Positions 37,901-50,449 of a stretch of 64,000 nucleotides of DNA are shown in pieces. The notes beneath the pieces are model-generated. The model ran no database searches. It saw nothing but the letters and a program-made list of their open reading frames with translations, and had not been told where the DNA came from. Numbering within the stretch: position 1 is the first letter of the stretch; every line of letters starts with the position of its first letter. Both the position numbers and the translations under genes were made by a program. This stretch comes from Octopus sinensis (Eukaryota), in NCBI RefSeq assembly GCF_006345805.1, contig NC_043000.1, positions 70,680,001-70,744,000 on the forward strand, in the 5' to 3' direction.

Positions 37901-39375
37901 ATCATCAACATCATCATTTAACGTCTGCTTTCCATGCTAGCATGGGTTGGACGATTTGACTGAGGACTGGCGAACCAGATGGCTGCACCAGGCTCCAATC
38001 TGATCTGGCAGAGTTTCTACAGTTAGATGCCCTTCCTAATGCCAACCACTCCGAGAGTGTAGTGGGTGCTTTTACGTGCCACTGGCAACGGCCATGCTCA
38101 AGTGGTGTTTTTACATGCCACCTTTACAGGAGCCAGTCCAGTGGCACTGGCAACGGCCTCGCTCGAATGTTTTCCATGTGCCAGTAAGGCAACACTGTTA
38201 ATCATCATGCTCAAATGGTGCTTTTTACGTGCCACCGGCATGGAAGCCAGTTAGCTGCTCTGGCAGCGATCACGCTCGGATGGTGCTCTTAGCGCTCCAC
38301 TGGCACGGGTGCCAGTCATTGAATTTGCGAATTTGGTTTGATTTCGATTTCACTTGCCTCAACAGGGTCTTCGCAAGAAGAGTTTAATGTCCAATGAAGG
38401 AAAGGTACATATAAGTGGGCTGGTTACACCCCTGGTATAGGCCACGGGTTATGGTCTCACTTGGCTTGCCAGGTTTTCTCAAGCACAGCATATTTTCAAA
38501 AGTCTCGGTCGCTAGTCATTTCCTCGGTGAAGCCTAATGTTCAAAGGTAGTGCTTCATCACCTCATCCCAGGTTTTCGTGGGTCTACCTCTTCCACAGGT
38601 TCCCTCAACCACTAGGGTGTGGAACTTTTTCACACAGCTATACTCATCCATTCTTGCCACATGACCATACCAGCGCAGTCATCTCTATTGCACACAACAT
38701 CTGATGCTTCTTAGGTCCAACTTTTCTCTCAAGGGACTTACACTCTGTTGAGTATGCGCACTGACATTACACACCCATTGGAGCATACTGGCTTCATTCC
38801 TTGCAGGCTTACGCTTGTCCTCAGCAGTCAAGGCCCATGTTTCACTACCATGTAGCATGGCTGTTCATACACATACGTCATACAGTATACCTTTTACTCT
38901 GAGTAAGAGGCCTTTTGTCACAAGTAGAGGTAAGAGCTCTCTGAACTTTGCTCAGGCTATTTTTATTCTAGCTGCTACTGACTTGGTCACCTAGGGAACG
39001 GAAGCTATCAACTACTTCTAGTTTTTCTCCCTGGAATGTGGCGGAAGTTGTTCTCTGCACATTTTCAGTCTTTATTGCTACCGAGCATCTGCCATATACA
39101 AAAACTATCTTCCCAGTTGGCCTTCCTTTGATATTGCTGCACTTGTAATGTGTCCATAGCTTACACTGGGTACATCTTTCTACCTATGCCTTTTCTACAG
39201 ATCGAGTAGGGCCATCTACCTGAAGGTATTTGTGGTTTGTCTGCCTTCCTATTTATTAGGACTTTGGTTTTAGCTAGGTTGACTCGAAGGCCCTTCAATT
39301 CTAATCCTTGTTTCCACATCTGAAACTTCTCTAGTTCTGATAGTGACTCAGCAATTAAGGCAAGATCGTCAGCAT
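37901..39375 (-). mobile_element. RTE LINE, 5'-truncated at YADD, flanked by (TA)n tracts
   Basis: [23 protein letters not shown]... through to the 3' UTR and (CAT)n tail. Confidence 0.9.
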
Positions 39376-39435
39376 ATATATGTATGTATGTGTGTGTGCG
39401 TATATATATATATATATATATGTATGTATATATAT

Positions 39436-39510
<75 letters not shown>

Positions 39511-39513
<3 letters not shown>

Positions 39514-39815
39514 GAGGCACAATGGCCCAGTGGTTAGGGCAGCTGACTCACGGTTGGAGGCTTGCGGTTTCGATTCCCAGACAGGGCGTTGTGTGTTTAT
39601 TGAGCAAGAACACCTAAAAGCTCCATGAAGCTCCAGCAGGGGATGGTGGAAACCCCTGTTGTACTCTTTCGCCACAACTTTCTCTCACTCTCTCTTCTTG
39701 TTTCTTGAGTAACGCTGCGATGGACTTGCCTCCCATCCAGTTGGCGGGAACATATACACCACAGAAACCAGGAAACCAGGCCCATGAGACTGGCTAGGCT
39801 TAAAAACGGCGATGT
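39511..39815 (+). mobile_element. tRNA-derived SINE embedded in (TA)n
   Basis: A box TGGCCCAGTGG and B box GGTTTCGATTCCC, followed by ttgagcaagaacacctaa and a body unrelated to tRNA. Confidence 0.75.
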
Positions 39816-39820
39816 TTATC

Positions 39821-39898
<78 letters not shown>

Positions 39899-39900
39899 AT

Positions 39901-41287
39901 CTTCTTCTTCTTTTCTTTTAGCGTCCGTTTTCCATGCTAGCATGGGTTGGACGGTTCAACTGGGGTCTGGGGAGCCCGAAGGCTGCACCAGGCCAGTCAG
40001 ATCTGGCAGTGTTTCTACAGCTGGATGCCCTTCCTAACGCCAACCACTCCGAGAGTGTAGTGGGTGATTTTATGTGCCACCGACACAGGTGCCAGACGAG
40101 GCTGGCGAACGGCCATGCTCGGATGGTGTTTTTATGTGCCACCGACACAGGTGCCAGACGAGGCTGGCAGACGGCCACGCTCGGATGGTGTTTTTATGTG
40201 CCACCGACACAGGTGCCTGATGAGGCTGGCGGACGGCCACGATCGGATGGTGTTTGTTACGTCCCCAAAGCACGGAGGCCAGTCTATGCGGTACTGGCTA
40301 CGGCCACGTTCGGATGATTTTCTTGTGTGCCACCGGCACTGGTACCACAAAGATACAAACTCCATTGATGTTCATCTATTTTGATTTGTTTTGATTTGAT
40401 TTGATTTGATTTTCACTTGCCTCAACAGGTCTTCACAAGTGTCACAAGAAGGAAGGTATGCACAGGTGGACTGACTACGTCCCAGGTAGGGGCCACGGGT
40501 TATGGCCTGACTAGTCTTGCCGGGTCTTCGGATGGTGTTTTTATGTGCCACCGACACAGGTGCCAGATGAGGCTGGCGAACGGCCACGATCGGATGGTGT
40601 TTGTTACGTGCCCACAGCACGGAGGCCAGTCGATGCGGTACTGGCTACGGCCACGTTCGGATGGTTTTCTTGTGTGCCACCGGCACTGGTACCACAAAGA
40701 TACAAATTCCATTGATGTTCATCTATTTTGATTTGATTTGATTTGATTTTCACTTGCCTCAACAGGTCTTCACAGGTCTTCACAAGTGTCACAGGAAGGA
40801 AGGAAGGTATGCACAGGGGACTGACTACGTCCCAAGTAGGGGCCACGGGTTATGGCCTGACTAGTCTTGCCGGGTCTTCGGTTGGTGTTTTTATGTGCCA
40901 CCGACACAGGTGCCAGATGAGGCTGGCGAACGGCCACGATCGGATGGTGTTTGTTATGTGCCCACGTCACAGAGGCCAGTCGATGCGGTACTGGCTACGG
41001 CCACGTTCGGATGGTTTTCTTGTGTGCCAACGGTACTGGTACCACAAAGATACAAATTCCATTGATGTTCATCTATTTTGATTTGGTTTGATTTGATTTG
41101 ATTTGATTTTCACTTGCCTCAACAGGTCTACACAAGTGTCACACACTTTGGTACCACAAAGATACAAATTCCATTGATGTTCATCTATTTTGATTTGGTT
41201 TGATTTGATTTGATTTGATTTTCACTTGCCTCAACAGGTCTACACAAGTGTCACACACTTGCCTCAACAGGTCTTCACAAGTGTCAT
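39901..41287 (-). repeat. RTE 3' end with nested tandem duplications (62-bp x3; ~346, ~350, ~266, ~108 and ~31-bp blocks)
   Basis: tatgtgccaccgacac at 40071/40133/40195. The junction cttgccgggtcttc|g(g/t) recurs at 40529 and 40879. (CTT)n tail at 39901. Confidence 0.9.
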
Positions 41288-41314
41288 AAGTATATATATA
41301 TGTGTGTGTGTATA

Positions 41315-42412
41315 CAGGAGTTGAACAAAATAATGGAAATACCTAGCATCATAATTTTGAAATATCTATAAAACCATCAAGAGCTGGTTTATTTTTGTTT
41401 TTTTTATTTATTATTAGTGATGCTTAATATGTTTTGCTAAAATTGCTGTTTCTTTTGAGATATCATCAGAAAAAGGTAATTAAAATTCATTAAAATGACA
41501 GATCTATTGGACTTTCAAAGAGGTCAAATTGTTGGTGCTCATATGGCAGGTGCTAGCGTAACGAAAACAGCTGAAATGTTTGGGTTTTGAAGAAGTACTG
41601 TCTTGAAAGTAATGACAGCCTTTGAGGAAGAGGGAAAAACCTCCTCGTCAAAACAAAACTCCGGAAGAAAACCAAAACTCTCAGATAAGGACCGTCAGAC
41701 TCTTACATGAATTGTTAGAAAGGATCACAAAAGGACAACTCCCAAAATTGCTGCAGAGCTTAATGACCACTTCCTGCACCCAGTTTCCACAAAAACTGTT
41801 TGCCAAGAGCTGCACAAAGCTAGATTTCATGGGAGGGCTGCAATCAGAAAACCACTACTTTCAAAAACAAAAGTTGCAAAGCATTTAGAGTGGAATAAAA
41901 ACTTACAGAATTGGTCCCTAGAGCAGTGGAAGGATGTTATTTTCTCGGACGAGTCATCCTTTACCTAATTTCTGACCACCGGCTGAGTATACATGTGGAG
42001 ACAGCCAAAAGAAGCATCTGACTCAGACTGTCTTCTTCCAAATCTTAAACATGGAGGAGGATCTGTGATGATCTGGGGAGTAGGGGGAGACTACATCTTG
42101 GAAATCTGCTAGCCCAATGGTTTTCCTTCATGGCAGAATTAATAGTCAAGACTATTTAAGCATTTTATCTGATCAAATTCAGCCAATGGTTGTGGAACTG
42201 TTTCCAGAGGGAAATGCAATCTTTCAGGATGATAATGCACTAATTCACACAGCTAAAGTTGATACTGAATGGCATGAGTAACATTTTAGTGAAGTTGAAC
42301 ATCTTATCTGGCCACCACAGTCCCCAGATCTCAATATTATTGAACATTTATGGTGCATTTTAGAAAAACAAGTAAGGAGTTGATATCCTCCACCATCATC
42401 ACTACAAGAATC
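41315..42412 (+). mobile_element. Tc1-like element, 3'-truncated and decayed
   Basis: TA-caggagttgaacaaaataatggaaa TIR. ATG at 41495: MTDLLDFQRGQIVGAHMAGASVTKTAEMFG...VIFSDESSF...FQDDNA...WPPQSPDLNIIEHLW. Confidence 0.88.
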
Positions 42413-43402
42413 CTCTGCACTGTCCTCAGAATGACACCCAAACACTCTGAAATGTTTGTATTGGAACTTCCAGTGCAAATGCCAAGTAGTACTCATGTCG
42501 TTTCCAAATTGTGAATTGCGTCATGAGTGAATTACATCACGGTGCTGTTTTTCTCACAGTTGGTACCCAACTGACCCTACTATACTGTGTAGTTGACAAA
42601 ATCAAAAACAAGAAATGTGCAAGCATGAAATTAAAAATATAAAATTGCAACAATTTACCCATCGCACCCTGTATACACACACACTAAATATTTTCTTTTA
42701 TCTATTTCAATCATTAGACTGTGGCGATGGTGGGGCACTACCTGATACTTATTCTATCAGTCTTTCTGCTGAACCACTAAGCTATGGCAAGGTAAATAAA
42801 CTATCACTGGTTGTCAAGCAGTGGTGAGGGACAAACACAGATACAAAGACCCCCACACACACATACATGATGGGTTTCTTTCAGTTTCTGAGTACCAAAT
42901 CTACTCTCAAAGCTTTGGTCAGTCTGAGGCTATAGTAGAAGACACTTGCCCAAGGTGCCACGCAATGGGACTGAACCTAGAATCATGTGGTTGGGAAGCA
43001 AGCTTCTTCCTACACAACTACAGAAAAATATGATCAAGGCAATAATAGTGAAAAAGAGATCGTATTTAATGTAAGTTTGCTGCTGCTTTCAGCAAATGAC
43101 TCAACATGTATAGCAATTCACTTAAAGGAATGAATATGACTTTTGAAAAATGCATTGTAAACAAAATTAACTTCTTTGAAAAATAACACTAGGTTCTGAC
43201 ATGGGATTTTGTGAGATTTGGCTGCATTTTCTAGCATCTTGAGTAACCATGTAATAATATTTAGCTGGTTTGTTCCTCTGACATTGCATATACATGTGAG
43301 AGAGTGCAGAAATATATAGTGAGTATATAATTTTCAGTATTCTCCATGGTTATTATTTCTAGCACGTCGAGCAGCCACATACAAGGCTCTTCCTGTGTGT
43401 GC

Positions 43403-43461
<59 letters not shown>

Positions 43462-43590
43462 GCAATGTTGGATTTATACACATGTACTGTCATGTATTTG
43501 TGTTGTGATTTATGTGTGAAAAAATGTGTATGCTCTTGCCCCAGGTTATTATATTGAATAATAAAAAATATATTCTCTAAAGAAATTTAC

Positions 43591-43664
43591 CTGATGGCTG
43601 TGCTTGGGATTCCATCTTCCAGTTTTTTTAATCTGACTTTCTTCAATGCAACAGTTTGACCATT
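43591..43664 (-). CDS. CDK20: CDK20 coding exon 2: NGQTVALKKVRLKKLEDGIPSTAI(R)
   Basis: 74 nt, tttcttttag|...|gtaaat, phase 0/2. VALKK lysine and start of the alphaC helix. Confidence 0.95.
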
Positions 43665-45064
43665 CTAAAAGAAAAAGAAAAATTTTCATTTTCATTTTGT
43701 TCTGTTCCAAACATTTCTATATTATAACTTCTGATTAAAATAAGACAAAGAAGAAGACCCAACATATGTAAGCCATTAAAACAAATAAAACAGGTAACCA
43801 ATGATGGCACATTTTTTCAGTTCACAAAAAGCTGCTAGTCTAATTTTTACCAACTCATGCTAATAGACGACTGTCTATTTCCACATAGAGATCATCTTAC
43901 TTATAACAAATAACTTTTTGGACATTACTGAACAAAACAGACATTACTATTAGGCAGAGGAGAGCAATGGAGAAGTGAGGCACAAATGACAATGATGAGG
44001 ATACGTAATTTCCATTCTGTAGTGCCTCTGTCAGTCAATGTTGACCAGGTATCTGCACCTGTATGTGCAAGTCTGGACAAAATTTCTTTCAAAGAAGACT
44101 AGCTGTTGCCTATGCACGCAAGTCTCCCTTCTCCACATTACTGATGTTTATCAATAGTGGGATAAAGGCTCCTGACTTGGGTCAGTAAAATCTCCTCAAG
44201 AAAAGTTGCTGACTTGGGCTGATACAACTTAGCACCAGTGTCATTGCAGGCATTGTTGTTAGAGCTGTTGCAAAGCACTGGACCAAATACTGCAAAGCAT
44301 CTTTTCTAATTCTCAAACACTTCTATCAACGCCCTTCCTGCTCTTGATTAGTACATTTTGATCAATACTCTGCCCTCAATTAGTATGTTTTGAAAGATGA
44401 AAAGCAAAAATGACAATCGCAGGATTTGAATTAAGAGTGCAAAGTTAAAACAAAAATACTGTGAAGCATTCGAAATAACACTTTAACAGTTGTCAAATCA
44501 CTGCCTTAAATTCCATTATTTTAATATTTTATAACTAAAAAAAAAACAAATTCCATTAGTTGATAGAAAATGAAGTTATCATATTAAACAAAATAAATAT
44601 GGGGCTTGGAGTTGACAAATTTATGATTAAAATTCTAACTAATAGTTACAAGCAATGGTAAATAAGTGAAATAACAGATTCAATTGAACCAGAAATTAAA
44701 CAAAAGAAATGTACACTGGTGAAACACGAGAAGAAATAGCACCCATTAGTTCCTACTTCCTCTAACAGCACATGGACATTTGTACTAAATAATAGTGGTG
44801 TAGATAGAGTGTGTGCCACCCTTCAGTTTGCTGCCCCCAGCCCCCACAAAAGATACATATGCACAGTGACTAGATTGATTGTTGTATTTAACGATGGGTC
44901 GTATTCATGTCCTGATATTAAAACCAGTATTATTTCATTTCAATACAGTGTATAGAGGCTTATAGCCTGCAACAGATCCAAAAGTGGTGCTACCTGGGAA
45001 GGACTGCCTTCTCTGCTCCACTCAAGTTATGCTAGTGCTCAATAGCTATACTAATAAATCTTAC

Positions 45065-45139
45065 CTGCTTATATTTAGCTTTGAAAACAATGCCATGTGC
45101 TCCTTCTCCGATGTTTCCAAGAATGGTATACTGTTCCAT
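45065..45139 (-). CDS. CDK20: CDK20 coding exon 1: MEQYTILGNIGEGAHGIVFKAKYKQ
   Basis: ATG in strong context (ACAATGG), GEGAHG Gly-loop typical of CDK20, CAG|gtaaga donor. An acceptor at 45161-45159 implies an upstream non-coding exon. Confidence 0.95.
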
Positions 45140-45554
45140 TGTGTGTGTGACATCTGAACTGTGAAAAGAAATCTAATTCTTCCAGTATTAAAGTTTCAAT
45201 AATAATAAATTGCTGAAACAAACTAACTAACTATAAATGAGTACAAGAAGTTATATTTGATTATATTAAAAACTGAGTTAACTGTTACAAATTATGAAAA
45301 TTACTCCTTTTCTAATTGCTTCTTTATACTGTCACATCTGTTCATCAAAATCATTAGGTAAGTTATATGGCATTGGATAAAGCAAATAGTTTATAGCTGC
45401 ATGCTCCCCTGAAAACTTACTAATCAGCTTTAAGTTAACCCTTTTTTTTTTCTTAAGTTATGTAAAAAGAATAATGTACCATCACCACCTGTGACATTAT
45501 TGGGACCCCATAAATCCATGATTTTTAACTGTTATTATATCTTAAATATCTACT

Positions 45555-46035
45555 TAGAATCATCATCATTGTTATCGTCGCCGTTTAACGTTTGCTTTCC
45601 ATGCTGGCATGGGTTGGACCGTTTGACTGAGGGCTGGCGAGCCAGAAGGCTGCACCAGGCTCTAATCCAATCTGGCAATGCTTCTATAGATGGATGCTCT
45701 TCCTAATGCCAACCACTCCTAGAGTGTAGTAGGTGCTTTTTACATGCCACCAGCATGAGGGCCAGTCAGGCAGTACTGGCATCAGCCATGCTCGAATGAT
45801 GCTTTTTATGTGCCACTGGCATGGGTGCCAATCAGGCAGTACTGACATCTCAACAGGTCTTTGCAAGTACTGTTTATTGCCCAATGATTGAAGGGTACTC
45901 TTAAATGGGCTGGTTATGCTGCACTGGCATAAGCCACGGTTATGTTCTCGGCTTGCTGGGTCTTCTCAAGCACAGCATATCTCCAAAGGTCTTGGTCACT
46001 TATCGCCTCGGTAAGGCCCAACGTTCAAAGGTCGT
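45555..46035 (-). mobile_element. RTE 3'-end fragment
   Basis: (CAT) tail, 3' UTR and the ORF end (HDLRTLGLTEAISDQDLWRYAVLEKTQQA). Confidence 0.8.
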
Positions 46036-46849
46036 GCATTAAAAAAGTTTGTGAAGATAACATAGTAGTTGGATAATTTTTTCTTCTTTCACTTATTTAT
46101 TTATTTATGTTATCCAATTTGAATTCTACTAGATAAAGAATATAAAATATTTTTTATGTAATTTCCTTATTTTATAAACATTTGTACAGTGAAAACTATC
46201 AATATCAAAAATAAAATGAGAAACAAAACATTATAAGCAAGATGCAAAATATTATGGTACAAAACATTATTTTACAAGTTTGTCAGAGAAGAGACTGTGC
46301 ACATGACTTTTGCAGGATATTCCAGTTTGGAGATATGTGGCTGATGTTCAGCTTGAAAATCTGTCTGTTAATGTATTTTTCATCTTTTATTCTTCACTTG
46401 TTTCCATAATAGAGGAAATTTCAGATAGTTATAGTTTGGACAAGGAAAGACAAAGAGAATTCTGTCATGTATAGAGTATCAGAGGTGAGACACAAAATGA
46501 CAAAAGTAGAAAAGACAAGTGTGCACTGGTGGAAAATGTATTACTAACTAATTTAGAAGACAAAAGGCAAAAAATTGAAATAGCATATCCTAATTTCGTG
46601 CATGTAGCATTTTGGTGAGAGAATAATTACATATCAACCAAATGACTGTCTTTTGAATATAGTCCAGAACAACATTCCTCAAACTGACAAATTCCAGGTT
46701 CCACCAAAAAATAAAAAAAGATAAATTTTACCCCACTCCTTCTTTATGAATAAGAAGAGAAAATAGTTTTCTTCTTCATATAATTTTATATATTATTGTG
46801 TCTGGGGAGAGTAATTCTCTTTTAGTGCCTTATTATTTAACACACTCAC

Positions 46850-49200
46850 CGGTTCGATTTCCACTCATTTACTGTTCTTTCATATCTTTCTTTATCATGG
46901 CTTTGGACAAGTTTTAAAACCAAATTTCTTTAAACACTGCAATTTGCCTGGCCTCACCTCATACATACACTCTATTAGAGACACTGGTCTAGAATGTCGA
47001 TGTGTTTAGCAGCAGCACTGCCTCATGGATGTGAACAGTACTCTAGGGTCGAATTTTAGGGGGAAAATGGAATTATAAGAAAAGTTTTCTTGTCGTTAAG
47101 GGAATATGAACTTAGGGTAAATTTTTTGAAAGTTTAAGAAGAGCTAACAATTTCGCTGTAAACAATTTAAATTTAATCTCAGATATAACCCATCGATCGT
47201 GTTGTAAAATATAAGATTAAATATTTTAGAAGTAGTGCATTTATGAAAACCATTTGCCTAATCAAGTAAGATAGACAACTAAAGGTCTTATATCATTTAC
47301 CAGAGAAACAAATAAATGTGGTATTTTCAACGTTTTAACTGGCATTAAAGGCAAAAAGAGTAACGAATTCGATCGGGAATTGGAATCTTGATTTTCGAAC
47401 TTAACTTACAGGTGTTTATCTAACACAATAAAGTGCTCGAGATACCCTGCTATTTAATTGCATTTATTACAAACTTTAATACTTATAAGTGGATTAATTT
47501 CAAATGCTGCCGATTATTTTAATCAGCGTTCGAAATTAGTTCATATTAAAGAATACACTTACCTACTCTTTCTCACTACCAAAATTGCCCTGAATGTATT
47601 GTAAATCAATTACTCGACAAAAGCATATCTTCACAAGAGCTTATGTCGTAAAAGTAACTCAAAATGTTCAGTTGTGCTGCTTTTATACAAAAAACGTAAT
47701 TATAGTTATTTAAGAAATCCAAGGAATATCAATAGCTGAAACAATTTTATTCACCTTTTAATTTACATCAAATCATTTTATCGTAGGCGAACCAAAGTAA
47801 TTGTATGTCAAATATTCCTTATTCAATGTTTATAATTAGTTCGTTGCTAAGGACACCGCCATTATTGTAATCATAACATTTCTCTCGTTTTTTTTTACCA
47901 GAACAGTATTAATTTAACTACATTTCTTTCTGTATATTGTAGTTTTTATATGCTATTTTGATTTTATTTGTTTATTGGCGATAAAGACGAAACTTCGCCT
48001 ATTTATTTTTGCGGGGATGGTCATTTGAACAATAATTTTCAAATTACGAATACATATAAACATTAGTTGAAAATATGGCGGAGTTTTGGAAACGCTGTCC
48101 CTCAAAGTCTTGTATTTCATGGGAAAGGAAGAGTAGTTTTCTCTTCATTTTTAGAATTCCTGTAGTTCATGCAACAGAACATACGATTCTTAGGACTTCG
48201 ATTAGATAGCTAAGCCTAAACTTCACTGAAAGCATTTCTTGATTTCATTTGAATTTATGTTGTGAAGGTTATGGAGAATTAATCGAGTTTTCTTTGATAT
48301 GAACATGTATTATTATATATTTTTGTTAATCTTTCGTAATTGTTACAGCAGAAATATTTTCATCCTTTAAACATTACATATATTTTTCCTTTTTCAAAGT
48401 CAGGGAGGACTCTATACTTGGTTACTTGACTTAGTAGAAACAACAGCCAAATCTCCCTACCATCTTGAAAACAGCGGGGACATAGTAGATATTTTTTTCT
48501 ACTAGAGACACAAGGCCTGAAAATACAATCCAAAATACACCATACTCGAAAAAAGAAAGGGATGGTCATGACTAGAACGTCTTTGACCATATATTCACTG
48601 AAATAGGACTTTTTTTTTATATTAGGCGTGGCTTAATTTGTTTTTGTCCATTGCATTCCACTTCGGCGGATATTTCGTTCACAGCTGACAAGCAATTAAT
48701 TACTAACAGGCTATGGGTAAAAGACGTTCTCAACCGGTATCCATATAAGATTTTGTTGTTAAAATTTACGTGTAATAAAATTAGTTATACTTCTTCAATT
48801 CCAATCCATAAAATATTTCAACAATTTTTCTATGCAATTCCAAATGATATTCGATTATAAAAATATAAAAGGATTTTATTTACACATCGAATGGTTATGG
48901 GGTGGGTGGGTCCTGCAGAGTAAAATAGAAATCAAAGGGGTCTATAGGTAAAAGAAAAAAAAAGGGTTAAGAAGCACTGCTCTATATGGTCGCTCAATAA
49001 ACAAACCTTCCTCAAATAACGCTCCACCTTCTTATAAACAAGGCATATGCGTCTCTAGTATAAATTCTACAGGCGATTATTCAGCTTATTTACATAAAAA
49101 AATAATGCTTCATTTTAATTTAATATAAAATCTGTCAATTTTGCAAAAGCCTTCACTTCTGTTCAGTATTGGAGTTGAAAATTACAACATACGTACGTAC
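46850..49200. promoter_or_regulatory. CpG-retaining putative bidirectional promoter; CDK20 5'-UTR exon donor at 47562-47561
   Basis: CG is visibly more frequent here than in the flanking introns although the region is AT-rich. Minus-strand AG|gtaagt at 47563. A YY1-like AATATGGCGG at 48072-48081 on the + strand. Confidence 0.55.
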
Positions 49201-49679
49201 GTATGTATATATGTGTCTTATTCAGTTTTATTTCAAGATTTCTTGCCAACAGAGAAAGAGCCGGTTTCTAACCTAGATCCAAGGCTCTTTTATTGGAATT
49301 TCAGTAACAGGGTATTTTTGTTTGTTTGTTTGTTTGTTTGTATGTATGTATGCATGCATGTATGTGTGGAGATTTGTATATTTTGTTAGAAGTTATCGAT
49401 CTGATGGATTTCATCAAGTCTCATTGGTAGATAATACCATGATGACATTTTCAAACACCTGTTTATGATGTGGGTGATATTTTCAGTGTTAACTCCACAA
49501 AGTCTGCATCAATTTATTTGTGTATGAAATAATGAGGGGTGGGGGGGACAATGGGGAGTTTTGATTGCATTTTTGACTTTGAGACAAAATATATATTTTT
49601 TACAAATGACCTTCTCTAAATGCAAAATGCATTAAAAACATTATCTAAACACGATCATATATATTTAAACAATAAAATT

Positions 49680-50100
49680 CTGGAAAGTTTTACTGATTTT
49701 TACAGTTCCAGCGATGGATTGGATCTGTAGTCTTCAAATTAGCTTTCTCCTTTCTGGTTTTAAGAAGCCTAATTTCTCAAAATTGGTATTTAGGCAGTGT
49801 GTTACATATCCCAATACCCCAATAATTACAGGTATAAACCTGAAACTTGTAATCTGGGTAGAGAAACTGCAGATTTCTCAGTTGTTTGGTGTAGGTATTC
49901 TCTTTTTCACTAATCTTCAGCTTTATGTTAATATCTGCTGGGCACCTAATTTCCACAGCTGTACTCTATCCCGTTTTCACTGGGACATTCCACCAATACT
50001 CCTTTTTATTATGAGTGGCTCTGGCTTCTACCATACTGTGGGTTCTTATTTCTTTGTCCTTGGGGTTATCCTGATGTTTTGATGTTTTGAAGAAAACATT
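49680..50100 (-). mobile_element. R4/Dong-like non-LTR retrotransposon 3' fragment (REL endonuclease)
   Basis: YWWNVPVKTG*...VEIRCPADINIKLKISEKENTY...LQFLYPDYKF..IPVIIGVLG...RLQIQSIAGTVKISKTF. Confidence 0.55.
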
Positions 50101-50449
50101 GATATTATTCCAGAGTGAATAAAATGTGAAACAATGCCAGGAAAAAAAGAGAGATAAAACACATCAATAAACCATTTTAACTTAATGTGATTACCGCATA
50201 TATGATGAAGGGGAACACTAGCAAGTTATTTTTAAAAAAAAAACGTTAATAGATTTAACTGCAAAGGCAATTTAGAGAAAGAGATGGAGGAGAAAGAAAG
50301 AAATTAACAGAAAATTAGGAGTGGAGAAATATAGTGCAATAGACAAATGGGAATAAAGCTTAAAATGTAGTAGAAATGAAATGTAAGAAGATGGTAAAAA
50401 GTTGAATTTTATAGATTGGTAGAAATACATACACATATATAGGCCAGAA

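Noticed and set aside
39511-39585. tRNA gene
   Set aside because: A and B boxes are present but there is no proper cloverleaf, and it continues into a SINE body.
39161-39675. ORFs with long IYIYIY runs (also 54205-54563 and 55409-55800)
   Set aside because: These are translations of (TA)n/(TG)n microsatellites, not proteins.
40217-40245. CUGAUGA-GGCU...GGCC in the RTE tandem block
   Set aside because: No GAAA or stem III, and sister units read ccagacgag / ccagatgag.
40071-41040. CRISPR-like pattern of short repeats (ggatggtgtttttatgtgccaccg) with variable spacers; also at 27360-27570 and 38060-38300
   Set aside because: These are internal repeats of the RTE 3' UTR. The spacers are homologous to each other, the DNA is eukaryotic, and there are no cas genes.
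42420-42520. Copia-like integrase motif (KHFRVFGC) on the minus strand
   Set aside because: It is an 8-aa resemblance only, with no flanking integrase or LTR features.
44860-44925. Possible C/D-box snoRNA in CDK20 intron 1 (GTGACTA...CTGA)
   Set aside because: The C box has two mismatches, there is no terminal stem, and no convincing rRNA guide could be established by eye.
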